A stretch of DNA of 64,000 bases. Source: Eledone cirrhosa. Its lineage: Eukaryota. This document shows positions 37,916-51,839 of the stretch, one piece after another (position 1 is the stretch's first letter; every line of letters starts with the position of its first letter). The DNA lies in NCBI GenBank assembly GCA_964016885.1, contig OZ024764.1, forward strand, positions 992,001 through 1,056,000. Reading direction: 5' to 3'. Position numbers and translations under genes: made by a program. Below the pieces are notes generated by a model. It was not told the DNA's origin and searched no databases. It worked only from the letters and a program-made list of their open reading frames with translations.

Positions 37916-38138
37916 AAAGACGTAAAATAAGAAAATTTAAAAAAATTTTTTAAAAATTAACTTACTTACTAAAATTTTAGTAAGTAAGTTAATTTTTAAA
38001 AAATTTAAAAATTTTCTTATTTTACGTCTTTTATATTATTGTTCTGCATCCTCCTGCATTGAACCACCTAGGTACTATGACATAACCTGTGTATTTGCTG
38101 GCATTAGCGTACATCTGCACGCATATGTTAGTAGATAT

Positions 38139-38140
<2 letters not shown>
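37914..38140. mobile_element. AT-rich cassette with a 120-bp palindrome (37914-38035); related copy at 51520-51740
   Basis: TAAAAGACGTAAAATAAG...CTTACTAAAATTTTAGTAAG...CTTATTTTACGTCTTTTA, embedded in (TA)n. Confidence 0.65.
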
Positions 38141-38189
<49 letters not shown>

Positions 38190-38409
38190 GGGTGTGTGTG
38201 TACATATATATGTGTATATGTATTTATAAATATGTATATGTGTGTGTGTCTATATATATATATATATACATATATATGTACATATATATATACATATTTG
38301 TGTGTATATATATAAACAAATATGTATATATATATAAATAGTTATGTAATAAACAACATAATGCAATTATTCCACTTACCAGTGGTTTCTTAAAAGCATA
38401 TATATATAA

Positions 38410-38451
<42 letters not shown>

Positions 38452-38585
38452 GTATGTATATATATATATATATAAATATTATATAATAATATATTATATA
38501 TATATATAAATATATATACATATATATATAATATATATGACCATTTATATACATATATATATATATGTATATAAGTATATATATC

Positions 38586-38884
<299 letters not shown>

Positions 38885-38969
38885 GTTTGTGTAGATATCG
38901 AGATAAAGAATTTTTGCAATGGCGATGTTAACAGTTAGTTAGCAGGATATATTGGTAGATATATTTTTA

Positions 38970-40880
38970 GATGGTGGTGGTGGGGGTGTAGTGGTGGTGG
39001 TGGTGGTGGTGGTGGTGTAGTGGTGGTGGTGGTGGTATTGTGGTGGTGGTGTAGTGGTGGTGGTGATGTGGTGGTGTAGTGGTGGTGGTGATGTGGTGGT
39101 GTAGTGGTGGTGGTGATGTGGTGGTGTAGTGGTGGTGGTGATGTGGTGGTGTAGTGGTGGTGGTGGTGGTGGTGTAGTGGTGGTAGTGGTGGTGTAGTGG
39201 TAGTGGTGGTGTAGTGGTGGTGGTGGTGCTGTAGTGGTGGTGGTGGTGGTGTAGTGGTGGTGGCATGGTGGTGGTGTAGTGGTGGTGGTGGTGTGGTGGT
39301 GTAGTGGTGGTGGTGGTGTGGTGGTGTAGTGGTGGTGTAGTGGTGGTGGTGGTGTGGTGGTGTAGTGGTGGTGTAGTGGTGGTGGTGGCATGGTGGTGTA
39401 GTGGTGGAGGTGGTAGTGGTGGTGTAGTGGTAGTGGTGGTGTAGTTGTGGTGGTGGTGTAGTGGTGTTGGTGTAGTGGTGGTAGTGGTGGTGTAGTGGTA
39501 GTGGTGGTGGTGGTGTAGTGATGGTGGTGGCGTAGTGGTGGTGGTGGTGGTGTGGTGGTGGTGGTGGTGGTGGTATAGATGTCGTGGTGGTGGTGGTGTA
39601 GTGGTTGTGATGGCATGGTGGTGGTGGTGTAGTGGTGGTGTAGTGGTGTAGTGGTGGTGGTGTGGTGGTGGTGGTGTAGTGGTGGTGTTGGTGGTGGTGA
39701 TGGCATGGTGGTTGTGGTGTAGTGGTGGTGTAGTGGTGTAGTGGTGGTGGTGGTGTGGTGGTGGTGTAGTGGTGGTGTTGGTGGTGGTATTGTGGTGGTG
39801 GTGTAGTGGTGGTGGTGATGTGGTGGTGGTGTAGTGGTGGTGGTGGTGGTGTGGTGGTGGTGGTGTAGTGTTGGTGGTGGTGTAGTGTTGGTGGTGGTGT
39901 AGTTGTGGTGGTGGTGTAGTGGTGGTAGTGGTGGTGTAGTGGTAGTGGTGGTGGTGGTGGTGGTGTAGTGATGGTGGTGGCGTAGTGGTGGTGGTGTACT
40001 GGTGGTGGTGGTAGTGTAGTCGTAGTGGTGGTGGTGGTGGTGGTGTGGTGGTGGTGTAGTGTTGGTGATGGCATGGTGGTGGTGGTGTAGTGGTGGTGTA
40101 GTGGTGTAGTGGTGGTGGTGTGGTGGTGGTGGTGTAGTGGTGGTGTTGGTGGTGGTGATGGCATGGTGGTTGTGGTGTAGTGGTGGTGTAGTGGTGTAGT
40201 GGTGTAGTGGTGTAGTGGTGGTGGTGGTGTGGTGGTGGTGTAGTGGTGGTGGTGGTGTAGTGGTGTGGTGGTGGTGGTGTGGTGGTGGTGGTGTAGTGGT
40301 GTAGTGGTGGTAGTGGTGGTGTAGTGGTAGTGGTGGTGTAGTGGTGGTGGTGGTGCTGTAGTGGTGGTGGTGGTGCTGTAGTGGTGGTGGTGGTGGTGTA
40401 GTGGTGGTGGTGTAGTGGTGGTGGTGGTGTGGTGGTGTAGTGGTGGTGTAGTGGTGGTGGTGATGTGGTGGTGTAGTGGTGGCGGTGGTGGTGTAGTGGT
40501 GGTGGTGGTGGTGTAGTGGTGGTGGTGTAGTGATGGTGGTGGCGTAGTGGTGGTGGTGTACTGGTGGTGGTGGTAGTGTAGTCGTAGTGGTGGTGGTGGT
40601 GGTGGTGGTGGTGGTGGTGTAGTGTTGGTGATGGCATGGTGGTGGTGGTGTAGTGGTGGTGGTGTAGTGGTGTAGTGGTGTGGTGGTGGTGGTGTAGTGG
40701 TGGTGTAGTGGTGGTGGTGGTGGTGTAGTGGTGTGGTGGTGGTGTAGTGGTGGTGGTGGTGTGGTGGTGGTGTAGTGGTGTAGTGGTGGTGGTGGTGTAG
40801 TGGTGTAGTGGTGGTGGTGGTGTGGTGGTGGTGTAGTGGTGGTGGTGGTGTGGTGGTGGTGTAGTGGTGGTGTTGGTGGT
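38970..40880. repeat. (GGT)n/GTGTAG low-complexity tract with internal duplications
   Basis: Direct reading. Confidence 0.95.
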
Positions 40881-41218
40881 AGAACTTCGCAGTCTACATT
40901 ATTTAAGTGTCTCCACTAAACAACACACTAAGTAGGGTAGACATAGTCTAGAGATATATTTGTAGGAAAGGTGCCAAAGAAAGGGTTTGAGAAGAATATA
41001 AGTTGTTTCAAGGGCAAGACAACCACCCAAGCAGTTCTTGTGCTACGATAAAATGCACCCAGTACACTCTGTAAAGTGCAATGCTGTTACATCACCCTCA
41101 CTTCGTATTTTGGCTCCGTCTGTTACATCTATGGTTTTGATTAAATAACAGCTTGGCTTGTGGAGAGCTAACAAACACTCATTTGTTGGGGGAAATAGAT
41201 GTTAAGTAATGATGAGGA

Positions 41219-43108
41219 TCATCATCATCATCATCATCATCATCATTTTACGTCCGCTTCTCCCTGCTTGCAAGGGTGGGACGGGAACTGATGCTGGCTT
41301 GATCTCTACAGCTGGATGCCCTTCCTAACACCAACCTCATTTACAGTGAGTGCTGGGTGCTTTTTTGCCGTGGCACCTCCACGACCACTTTACAGTGAGT
41401 ACTGGGTGCTTTTTTTGCCGTGGCACCTCCACGACCACTTTACAGTGAGTACTGGGTGCTTTTTTTGCCGTGGCACCTCCACGACCACTTTACAGTGAGT
41501 ACTGGGTGCTTTTTTTGCCGTGGCACCTCCACGACCACTTTACAGTGAGTGCTGGGTGCTTTTTATTGCCGTGGCACCACCACGACAACTTTACAGTGAG
41601 TGCTGGGTGCTTTTTTTGCCGTGGCACCTCCACGACCACTTTACAGTGAGTACTGGGTGCTTTTTTGCCGTGGCACCTCCACGACCACTTTACAGTGAGT
41701 ACTGGGTGCTTTTTTTGCCGTGGCACCTCCACGACCACTTTACAGTGAGTACTGGGTGCTTTTTTTGCCGTGGCACCTCCACGACCACTTTACAGTGAGT
41801 ACTGGGTGCTTTTTTTGCCGTGGCACCTCCACGACCACTTTACAGTGAGTACTGGGTGCTTTTTTGCCGTGGCACCTCCACGACCACTTTACAGTGAGTA
41901 CTGGGTGCTTTTTTTGCCGTGGCACCTCCACGACCACTTTACAGTGAGTACTGGGTGCTTTTTTTGCCGTGGCACCTCCACGACCACTTTACAGTGAGTA
42001 CTGGGTGCTTTTTTTGCCGTGGCACCTCCACGACCACTTTACAGTGAGTACTGGGTGCTTTTTTGCCGTGGCACCTCCACGACCACTTTACAGTGAGTAC
42101 TGGGTGCTTTTTTTGCCGTGGCACCTCCACGACCACTTTACAGTGAGTACTGGGTGCTTTTTTTGCCGTGGCACCTCCACGACCACTTTACAGTGAGTAC
42201 TGGGTGCTTTTTTTGCCGTGGCACCTCCACGACCACTTTACAGTGAGTGCTGGGTGCTTTTTATTGCCGTGGCACCACCACGACAACTTTACAGTGAGTG
42301 CTGGGTGCTTTTTTGCTGTGGCACCTCCACGACCACTTTACAGTGAGTACTGGGTGCTTTTTTTGCCGTGGCACCTCCACGACCACTTTACAGTGAGTGC
42401 TGGGTGCTTTTTTGCCGTGGCACCTCCACGACCACTTTACAGTGAGTGCTGGGTGCTTTTTTGCTGTGGCACCTCCACGACCACTTTACAGTGAGTACTG
42501 GGTGCTTTTTTGCCATGGCACCTCCACGACCACTTTACAGTGAGTGCTGGGTGCTTTTTTGCCGTGGCACCTCCACAACCACTTTACAGTGAGTGCTGGG
42601 TGCTTTTTTGCCGTGGCACCTCCACGACCACTTTACAGTGAGTACTGGGTGCTTTTTTTGCCGTGGCACCTCCACGACCACTTTACAGTGAGTACTGGGT
42701 GCTTTTTTGCCATGGCACCTCCACGACCACTTTACAGTGAGTGCTGGGTGCTTTTTTGCCGTGGCACCTCCACAACCACTTTACAGTGAGTGCTGGGTGC
42801 TTTTTTGCCGTGGCACCTCCACGACCACTTTACAGTGAGTACTGGGTGCTTTTTTTGCCGTGGCACCTCCACGACCACTTTACAGTGAGTACTGGGTGCT
42901 TTTTTGCCGTGGCACCTCCACGTCCAGTTTGCAGTGGGATGATAGGGATCCCAGTCCCTATCATCTCATTTCTGCAGCTGAGTAAACTGGAGCAATGTGA
43001 AATAAAGTGTCTTGCTCAAGGAAACAACACATCACCCGGTCTGAGAATTGAACTCACAACCTTTCGATTGCAAGGCCAATGCTCTAACCACTAAGCCATG
43101 TGCCTCCA
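41219..43108 (-). mobile_element. Full-length tRNA SINE with the 49/50-bp unit expanded about 32 times (199-bp HOR in part)
   Basis: Intact tail 41219-41340 and head 42930-43108 flank the array. Confidence 0.92.
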
Positions 43109-44699
43109 TATATATATATATAAATATATATATTCGCTATACAAGGATGCAATTAACTTCAAGCACTCTACGTCATATTACTTCCTAAAAACTAGAATGA
43201 CGGAGTATATTTAGAGTAAAATGTGAAGTTGAAGATGTATGTGTGTTTGTATGAGTGTCTATATGTGTGTTTGTGTGTTTGTGTATATGTGTGTTTGTGT
43301 GTGTTTGTATGCGCGCGCGCGCGTGTGTATGTGTGTATGCATGCGTTTGTGTGTGTGTTTGTATGTGTGTTTCTGTGTATGTGTATGTGTGTGTTTGTAT
43401 GCATCTGTGTCTGTGTGTGTGTGTGTATGTGTGTTTGTGTGTATGTGTGTCTGTATGTGCGTGTGTATGCATGCGTTTGTGTGAGTGTGTATGTGTGTGT
43501 GTGTGTGTATGTTTGTGTGTATGTATGTGTGTGTATGTGTATGTGTTTGTGCGTGTGTGTGTGTGTGTGTGTGTGTTTGTGGGCAGGTGAAGGTGTGATG
43601 GGGGTGTAGGGAGGTGTGTAGTGTTAAAAATACCAGATAAAGACATTTTTAGGGGTAGGGACGGGAAGTGATGATGAAGGGGGCAGAGATAAGTAGAATT
43701 GTGGGGTTTAAGAGGGGAGGGGATGGGGGAGGGGGTCTGTTTGTGAAGGGGTGGTGGTTGTGAGGAGGTCCCTGAGGGTGGTGGAAGGGAAGGGGGCTTG
43801 GGGTGGCAGCACATAGACAGATAATGCTGGCAGAACAGTAAGGAGGTGGGGGTGGGGGGTGGGGGTGAAAGACATTAGCACAAAGAGGAAGAGGAAGAGA
43901 GATAGAGAGATAGTGAGAGTGAGGGAGGGTGAGAGAGAGAGAGATAGTGAGAGAGCTAGATAGAGAGATAGAGAGAGAGTGAGACAGGTAGGGAGTGTGT
44001 GGGTGTAGGCTGGGGGGAGGGTTAGGACAGACAGGTAGGGAGGGGCGTGGGAAGTGGAGGGGAAAGAGATATGTAAGGGGTTGGTGGGGAGTGGGGGGAG
44101 TACATCAACAGATGGGGGGTGGGGCAGACAATTACCTTTGAAGTAATTGATATTTGTGGAGGGGGGGGGGGTGAAGAAGAAGAAGAAGAAAAGAAGAAAG
44201 AAAAGAAGAAGAGGGAAAAGAAGAAGAAGAAGAAGAAGGAAAAGAAGAAGGAAAAGAAGAAGAAGAAGAAGAAGAAGAAGAAGGAGAAGAAAGAAAAGAA
44301 GACGAAGGAGAAGAAGAAGAAGAAGAAGAAGAAGAAGAAGAAGAAAAAGAAGAAGAAGAAGGAAAAGAAGAAGACGAAGGAGAAGAAGAAAGAAAAGAAG
44401 AAGAAAAAGAAGAAGAAGAAGAAGAAGAAGAAGAAGAAAGAAAAGAAGAAGAAAACGAAGGAGAAGAAAAAGAAGAAAGAAAAGAAGAAGAAAAAGAAAA
44501 AAGAAAAGAAGAAGAGGGAAAGGAAGAAAAAGAAGAAATAGAACCCTGTCATGTGACCCCCCCCCCCCCGCTACCCATGTGACATCACTACTGCTAGACC
44601 CATCATAGTACCCCTAATAACAGAGGAAGTTGTCCCCTATATACCTCAGATTCCCTTTCTGGGTAGAAAGTTCCTTACCAACGTAGAAAGACCTACCCC

Positions 44700-46972
44700 T
44701 GTAAGTGTAGCTATATAGTGTATAGCATCAGAGCCGTCTTAACAGCATTACAGGCCCCAGGGCAAAGCAGAGCACTGGGGCCCCTACCTACACAACCACA
44801 TGGGCCCCCTATCCTCGTGGCGCCCCCAGGCAACTGCCCAGGGTGCCCATGGATTAAGATGGCCCTGTATAGCATACACCACCTCTTAAATGTATATATA
44901 AGTGTCTGTAAGTGTAGCTATGTAGTGTATAGCATACACCACCTCTAAAATGTATATATAAGTGTCTGTAAGTGTAGATATGTAGTGTATAGCATACACC
45001 ACCTCTAAAATGTATATATAAGTGTCTGTAAGTGTAGCTATGTAGTGTATAGCATACACCACCTCTAAAATGTATATATAAGTGTCTGTAAGTGTAGATA
45101 TGTAGTGTGTAGCATACACCACTTGTTAAATGTATATATAAGTGCCTGTAAGTGTAGCTATGTAGTGTATAGCATACACCACCTCTAAAATGTATATATA
45201 AGTGTCTGTAAGTGTAGATATGTAGTGTGTAGCATACACCACTTGTTAAATGTATATATAAGTGCCTGTAAGTGTAGCTATGTAGTGTGTAGCATACACC
45301 ACCTCTAAAATGTATATATAAGTGTCTGTAAGTGTAGATATGTAGTGTATAGCATACACCACCTCTAAAATGTATATATAAGTGCCTGTAAGTGTAGCTA
45401 TGTAGTGTATAGCATACACCACCTTTAAAATGTATATATAAGTGTCTGTAAGTGTAGCTATGTAGTGTATAGCATACACCGCCTCTAAAATGTATATATA
45501 AGTGTCTGTAAGTGTAGATATGTAGTGTGTAGCATACACCAGTTGTTAAATGTATATATAAGTGTCTGTAAGTGTAGCATACACCACTTGTTAAATGTAT
45601 ATATAAATGTCTGTAAGTGTAGATATGTAGTGTATAGCATACACCACTTGTTAAATGTATATATAAGTGTCTGTAAGTGTAGCTATGTAGTATATAGCAT
45701 ACACCACTTGTTAAATGTATATATAAGTGTCTGTAAGTGTAGATATGTAGTGTATAACATACACCAATTGTTAAATGTATATATAAGTGTCTGTAAGTGT
45801 AGATATGTAGTGTGTAGCATACACCACTTGTTAAATGTATATATAAGTGTCTGTAAGTGTAGCTATGTAGTGTATAGCATACACCAATTGTTAAATGTAT
45901 ATATAAGTGTCTGTAAGTGTAGCTATGTAGTATATAGCATACACCACTTGTTAAATGTATATATAAGTGCCTGTGAGTGTAGCTATGTAGTGTATAGCAT
46001 ACACCACTTGTTAAATGTATATATAAGTGTCTGTAAGTGTAGCTATGTAGTGTATAGCATACAACACTTGTTAAATGTATATATAAGTGTATGTAAGTGT
46101 AGCTATGTAGTGTGTAGCATACACCACTTGTTAAATGTATATATAAGTGTCTGTAAGTGTAGATATGTAGTGTGTAGCATACACCACTTGTTAAATGTAT
46201 ATATAAGTGTCTGTAAGTGTAGCTATGTAGTGTATAGCATACATCAGTTGTTAAATGTATATATAAGTGTCTGTAAGTGTAGATATCTAGTGTATAGCAT
46301 ACACCACTTGTTAAATGTATATATAAGTGTCTGTAAGTGTAGCTATGAAGTGTATAGCATACACCACTTGTTAAATGTATATATAAGTGTCTGTAAGTGT
46401 AGCTATGTAGTATATAGCATACACCACTTGTTAAATGTATATATAAGTGTCTGTAAGTGTAGATATGTAGTGTATAGCATACACTACTTGTTAAATGTAT
46501 ATATAAGTGTCTGTAAGTGTAGCTATGTAGTATATAGCATACACCACTTGTTAAATGTATATATAAGTGTCTGTAAGTGTAGATATGTAGTGTATAGCAT
46601 ACACCAATTGTTAAATGTATATATAAGTGTCTGTAAGTGTAGATATGTAGTGTGTAGCATACACCACTTGCTAAATGTATATATAAGTGTCTGTAAGTGT
46701 AGATATGTGGTGTATAGCATACACCACCTCTTAAATGTATATATAAGTGTCTGTAAGTGTAGCTATGTAGTATATAGCATACACCACTTGTTAAATGTAT
46801 ATATAAGTGTCTGTAAGTGTAGATATGTAGTGTATAGCATACACCACCTCTTAAATGTATATATAAGTGTCTGTAAGTGTAGATATGTAGTGTATAGCAT
46901 ACACCACTTGTTAAATGTATATATAAGTGCCTGTAAGTGTAGCTATGTCGTGTATAGCATACACCACTTCTT
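44700..46972. repeat. 60-bp satellite
   Basis: Unit TTAAATGTATATATAAGTGTCTGTAAGTGTAGCTATGTAGTGTATAGCATACACCACTTG, about 35 copies. Confidence 0.95.
44729..44867. mobile_element. hAT-type MITE (139 bp)
   Basis: TIRs CAGAGCCGTCTTAA / TTAAGATGGCCCTG; 8-bp TSD TATAGCAT at 44721-44728 and 44868-44875. Confidence 0.88.
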
Positions 46973-47221
46973 AACTTTAGATGTATAGGATTCTAAGTGT
47001 AACTTAAATGTGCTTAATTGTAGTTATAAGTGTCTGTAACTGTAGCTAAAATGTGTAACATTTTACTTCCCCAAAATAAATGGTGTTTCAAACAATTAGA
47101 TATCATTTGAGATGTAAATATCCCAGAAACTACCACTTTATAATGTGGATTAGTGTTATCATGTTGACAAATTTTGAGCAATGAATCTTATATTGTTCAA
47201 AATTAAACCTTGTTTAGTCTC

Positions 47222-49732
47222 GTTGCGCATAGCTCGGAGATCAGAGAATCACTCCTATTAGAGCCACTACTTCTCCAAGTTGAGAGATCACAGCTCTGAT
47301 ACTACAGACATGTGGTTAGAATGTCTGAGGAAAGAATCTCTGAATTGAGAGATCACAGCTCTGATACTACAGACATGTGGTTAGAATGTCTGAGGAAAGA
47401 ATCTCTGAATTGAGAGATCACAACTCTGATACTACAGACTTGTGGTTAGAATGTCTCAGGAAAGAATCTCTGAATTGAGAGATCACAGCTCTGATACTAC
47501 AGACATGTGGTTAGAATGTCTGAGGAAAGAATCTCTGAATTGAGAGATCACAACTCTGATACTACAGACTTGTGTTTAGAATGTCTCAGGAAAGAATCTC
47601 TGAATTGAGAGATCACAACTCTGATACTACAGACTTGTGGTTAGAATGTCTGAGGAAAGAATCTCTGAATTGAGAGATCACAACTCTGATACTACAGACT
47701 TGTGTTTAGAATGTCTCAGGAAAGAATCTCTGAATTGAGAGATCACAACTCTGATACTACAGACTTGTGGTTAGAATGTCTGAGAAAAGAATCTCTGAAT
47801 TGAGAGATCACAGCTCTGATACTACAGACTTGTGGTTAGAATGTCTCAGGAAAGAATCTCTGAATTGAGAGATTACAGCTCTGATACTACAGACATGTGG
47901 TTAGAATGTCTGAGGAAAGAATCTCTGAATTGAGAGATCACAGCTCTGATACTACATACATGTGGTTAGAATGTCTGAGGAAAGAATCTCTGAATTGAGA
48001 GATCACAGCTCTGATACTACAGACATGTGGTTAGAATGTCTGAGGAAAGAATCTCTGAATTGAGAGATCACAACTCTGATACTACAGACATGGGGTTAGA
48101 ATGTCTGAGGAAAGAATCTCTGAATTGAGAGACGACAGCTCTGATACTATAGACATGTGGTTAGAATATTTGAGGAAAGAATCTCTGGATTGAGAGATCA
48201 CAGCTCTGATACTACAGACATGTGGTTAGAATGTCTGAGAAAAGAATCTCTGAATTGAGAGATCACAGCTCTGATACTACAGACATGTGGTTAGAATGTC
48301 TGAGGAAAGAATCTCTGAATTGAGAGATAACAGCTCTGATACTACAGACATGTGGTTAGAATGTCTGAGGAGAGAATCTCTGAATTGAGAGTCCACAGCT
48401 CTGATACTACAGACATGTGGTTAGAATGTCTGAGGAGAGAATCTCTGAATTGAGAGACGACAGCTCTGATACTATAGACATGTGGTTAGAATATTTGAGG
48501 AAAGAATCTCTGGATTGAGAGATCACAGCTCTGATACTACAGACATGTGGTTAGAATGTCTCAGGAAAGAATCTCTGGATTGAGAGACCACAGCTCTGAT
48601 ACTACAGACATGTGGTTAGAATGTCTCAGGAAAGAATCTCTGAATTGAGAGACCACAGCTCTGATACTACAGACATGTGGTTAGAATGTCTGAGGAAAGA
48701 ATCTCTGGATTGAGAGATCACAGCTCTGATACTACAGACATGTGGTTAGAATGTCTCAGGAAAGAATCTCTGGATTGAGAGACCACAGCTCTGATACTAC
48801 AGACATGTGGGTAGAATGTCTGAGGAAAGAATCTCTGAATTAAGAGATCACAGCTCTGATACTACAGACATGTGGTTAGAATGTCTCAGGAAAGAATCTC
48901 TGGATTGAGAGACCACAGCTCTGATACTACAGACATGTGGTTAGAATGTCTGAGGAAAGAATCTCTGAATTGAGAGACCACAGCTCTGATACTACAGACA
49001 TGTGGTTAGAATGTCTGAGGAAAGAATCTCTGGATTGAGAGATCACAGCTCTGATACTACAGACATGTGGTTAGAATGTCTCAGGAAAGAATCTCTGGAT
49101 TGAGAGACCACAGCTCTGATACTACAGACATGTGGGTAGAATGTCTGAGGAAAGAATCTCTGGATTGAGAGATCACAGCTCTGATACTACAGACATGTGG
49201 TTAGAATGTCTGAGGAAAGAATCTCTGAATTGAGATATCACAGCTCTGATACTACAGACATGTGGTTAGAATGTCTGAGGAAAGAATCTCTGAATTGAGA
49301 GATCACAGCTCTGATACTACAGACATGTGGGTAGAATGTCTGAGGAAAGAATCTCTGGATTGAGAGACCACAGCTCTGATACTACAGACATGTGGGTAGA
49401 ATGTCTGAGGAAAGAATCTCTGGATTGAGAGACCACAGCTCTGATACTACAGACATGTGGGTAGAATGTCTCAGGAAAGAATCTCTGAATTGAGAGATCA
49501 CAGCTCTGATACTACAGACATGTGGTTAGAATGTCTCAGGCAAAAATCTCTGGACAGATTTTACAGATGAAACCAACCGGTAGAAGACCCTGGGCAAGAT
49601 GGTTGGATAACATCCATTAGCTTGGCTGGATCAATTGGAGAGGGTTGCTTCTGAAGGACCTGCTGGAGGGAGTGTTTGAGGAATCTGCCTCCATGACCCT
49701 CTCAGGAATATGTGAGAGGAGAAGAAGAAGCC
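47222..49732 (+). mobile_element. RTE LINE 3' end with a 70-bp satellite expansion (about 32 units, 47280-49555)
   Basis: Flanks translate as SSEIRESLLLEPLLLQVERSQL*YYRHVVRMS ... QILQMKPTGRRPWARWLDNI; ends in (GAA)n. Confidence 0.8.
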
Positions 49733-49791
49733 TCTTATTCTATACTTTCTGGTTTCTGGGATATTTATATCTCAAATGATATCTGATTTTT

Positions 49792-50996
49792 TTGAGAGTA
49801 CAAGACTTCCCCCTAGACAGGACACCAGTCCATCACAGGGTTAAACCCCAGCTATTACTGGTACTTATCCCGGTTACATGGTGTGAAGTGACTGAGAGTA
49901 CAAGACTCCCCCTAGACAGGACACCACTCCATCACAGGGTTAAACCCCCAGCTATTACTGGTACTTATCCCGGTTTCATGGCTTGAAGCGACTGAGAGTA
50001 CAAAACTCCCCCCTGGACAGGACACCAGTCCATCACAGGGTTAAACCCCCAGCTATTACTGGTACTTATCCTGGTTTCATGGTGTGAAGTGACTGAGAGT
50101 ACAAAACTCCCCCCTGGACAGGACACCAGTCCATCACAGGGTTAAACCCCCAGCTATTACTGGTACTTATCCCAGTTACATGGTGTGAAGTGACTGAGAG
50201 TACAAGACTCCCCCTGGACAGGACACCAGTCCATCACAGGGTTAAACCCCCAGCTATTACTGGTACTTATCCCAGTTACATGGTGTGAAGTGACTGAGAG
50301 TACAAGAATTCCTCCTAGACAGGACACCACTCCATCACAGGGTTAAACCCCCAGCTATTACTGGTACTTATCCCAGTTTTATGGTGTGAAGTGACTGAGA
50401 GTACAAGACTCCCTCTGGACAGGACACCAGTCCATCACAGGGTTAAACCCCCAGCTATTACTGGTACTTATCCCGGTTTCATGGCTTGAAGCGACTGAGA
50501 GTACAAGACTTCCTCCTAGACAGGACACTAGTCCATCACAGGGTTAAACCTCCAGCTATTACTGGTACTTATCCTGGTTTCATGGTGTGAAGTGACTGAG
50601 AGTACAAGACTCCCCCCTGGACAGGACACCAGTCCATCACAGGGTTAAACCCCCAGCTATTACTGGTACTTATCCTGGTTTCATGGTGTGAAGTGACTGA
50701 TAGTACAAGACTTCCCCCTGGACAGAACACCAGTCCATCACAGGGTTAAACCCCCAGCTATTACTGGTACTTATCCTGGTTTCATGGCGTGAAGTGACTG
50801 AGAGTACAAGACTCCCCCCTGGACAGGACACTAGTCCATCACAGGGTTAAACCCCCAGCTATTACTTGTACTCATTTTCAGCTGAGTATACTGGAGCAAC
50901 GTGAAATGAAGTGTTTTGCTCAAGAACACAACACCTAACCCAGGAATCAAACTCCCGGCATTATGATAGTAAGTCCAACACCCTTACCACTAGACT
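49792..50996 (-). mobile_element. tRNA-derived SINE with the 3' ~98-bp segment tandemly expanded about 11 times
   Basis: Minus-strand head CTAGTGGTAAGGGTGTTGGAC...GAGTTTGATTCCTGG. The unit contains CCCTGTGATGGACTGGTGTCCTGTCCAGGGG. Confidence 0.8.
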
Positions 50997-51036
50997 GAGC
51001 TGATGATCCGAATAAGGTGAAACAATTGTACTCGGT
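50994..51036 (+). ncRNA. Minimal type I hammerhead ribozyme
   Basis: ACTGAG-CTGATGA-TCC(GAATAA)GGT-GAAA-CAATTG-TA-CTCGGT; 6-bp stem I and palindromic stem III. Confidence 0.8.
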
Positions 51037-51132
51037 AATAGTGAACAAACATTTGTGGAACTACTTCTACCAAACTCGTCCCATGGACTGAGCGCTCTAC
51101 TAGTACGGATATAACTCTCCAGTGTTCTACTT

Positions 51133-51162
<30 letters not shown>

Positions 51163-51163
<1 letters not shown>

Positions 51164-51499
51164 GGAGGCACATGGCTTAGTGGTTAGAGCAATCGAAAGG
51201 TTGTGAGTTCAATTCTCAGACCGGGTGATGTGTTGTTTCCTTGAGCAAGGCACTTTATTTCACATTGCTCCAGTTCACTCAGCTGTAGAAATGAGATGAT
51301 AGAGACTGGGGTCCCTATCATTCCACTGCAAAGTGGTCGTGGAGGTGCCACGGCAAAAAAGCACCCAGCACTCACTGTAAATGAGGTTGGTGTTAGGAAG
51401 GGCATCCAGCTGTAGAAATGAAGCCAGAATCAGTTCCCGTCCCACCCTTGCAAGCAGGGAAAAGTGGACGTAAAATGATGATGATGATGATGATGATGA
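51163..51499 (+). mobile_element. tRNA-derived SINE (type A tail)
   Basis: Same family as 35851, with a small deletion in the tRNA head. Confidence 0.9.
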
Positions 51500-51751
51500 T
51501 ATATATATATATAAAGAATTAGTATATCTACCAACATATATATAAAGATGCATACATATGCTAGCAAATATATAGGTTTTGTCTTAGTAACTTTGCGGTT
51601 CAATGCAAAGGGATGCAGAACAATTATATGAATGACGTAAAATAAGAAAATTATAAAAATTAACTTACTTACTAAAATTTCACACCATATAATTTCTTCA
51701 CTTTTTATAATTTATCACTTTTTATTATTTTACGCCATTCATATCTATCTA

Positions 51752-51838
<87 letters not shown>

Positions 51839-51839
51839 T

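Noticed and set aside
38895-38933. 39-nt plus-strand micro-exon (tag|ATATCGAG...AACA|gttagt)
   Set aside because: Splice signals are weak, there are no partner exons and the peptide is not recognisable.
47280-49555. Repeated CTGAGGA as tandem hammerhead cores
   Set aside because: There is no stem II followed by GAAA and NUH; the sequence is RTE coding DNA.
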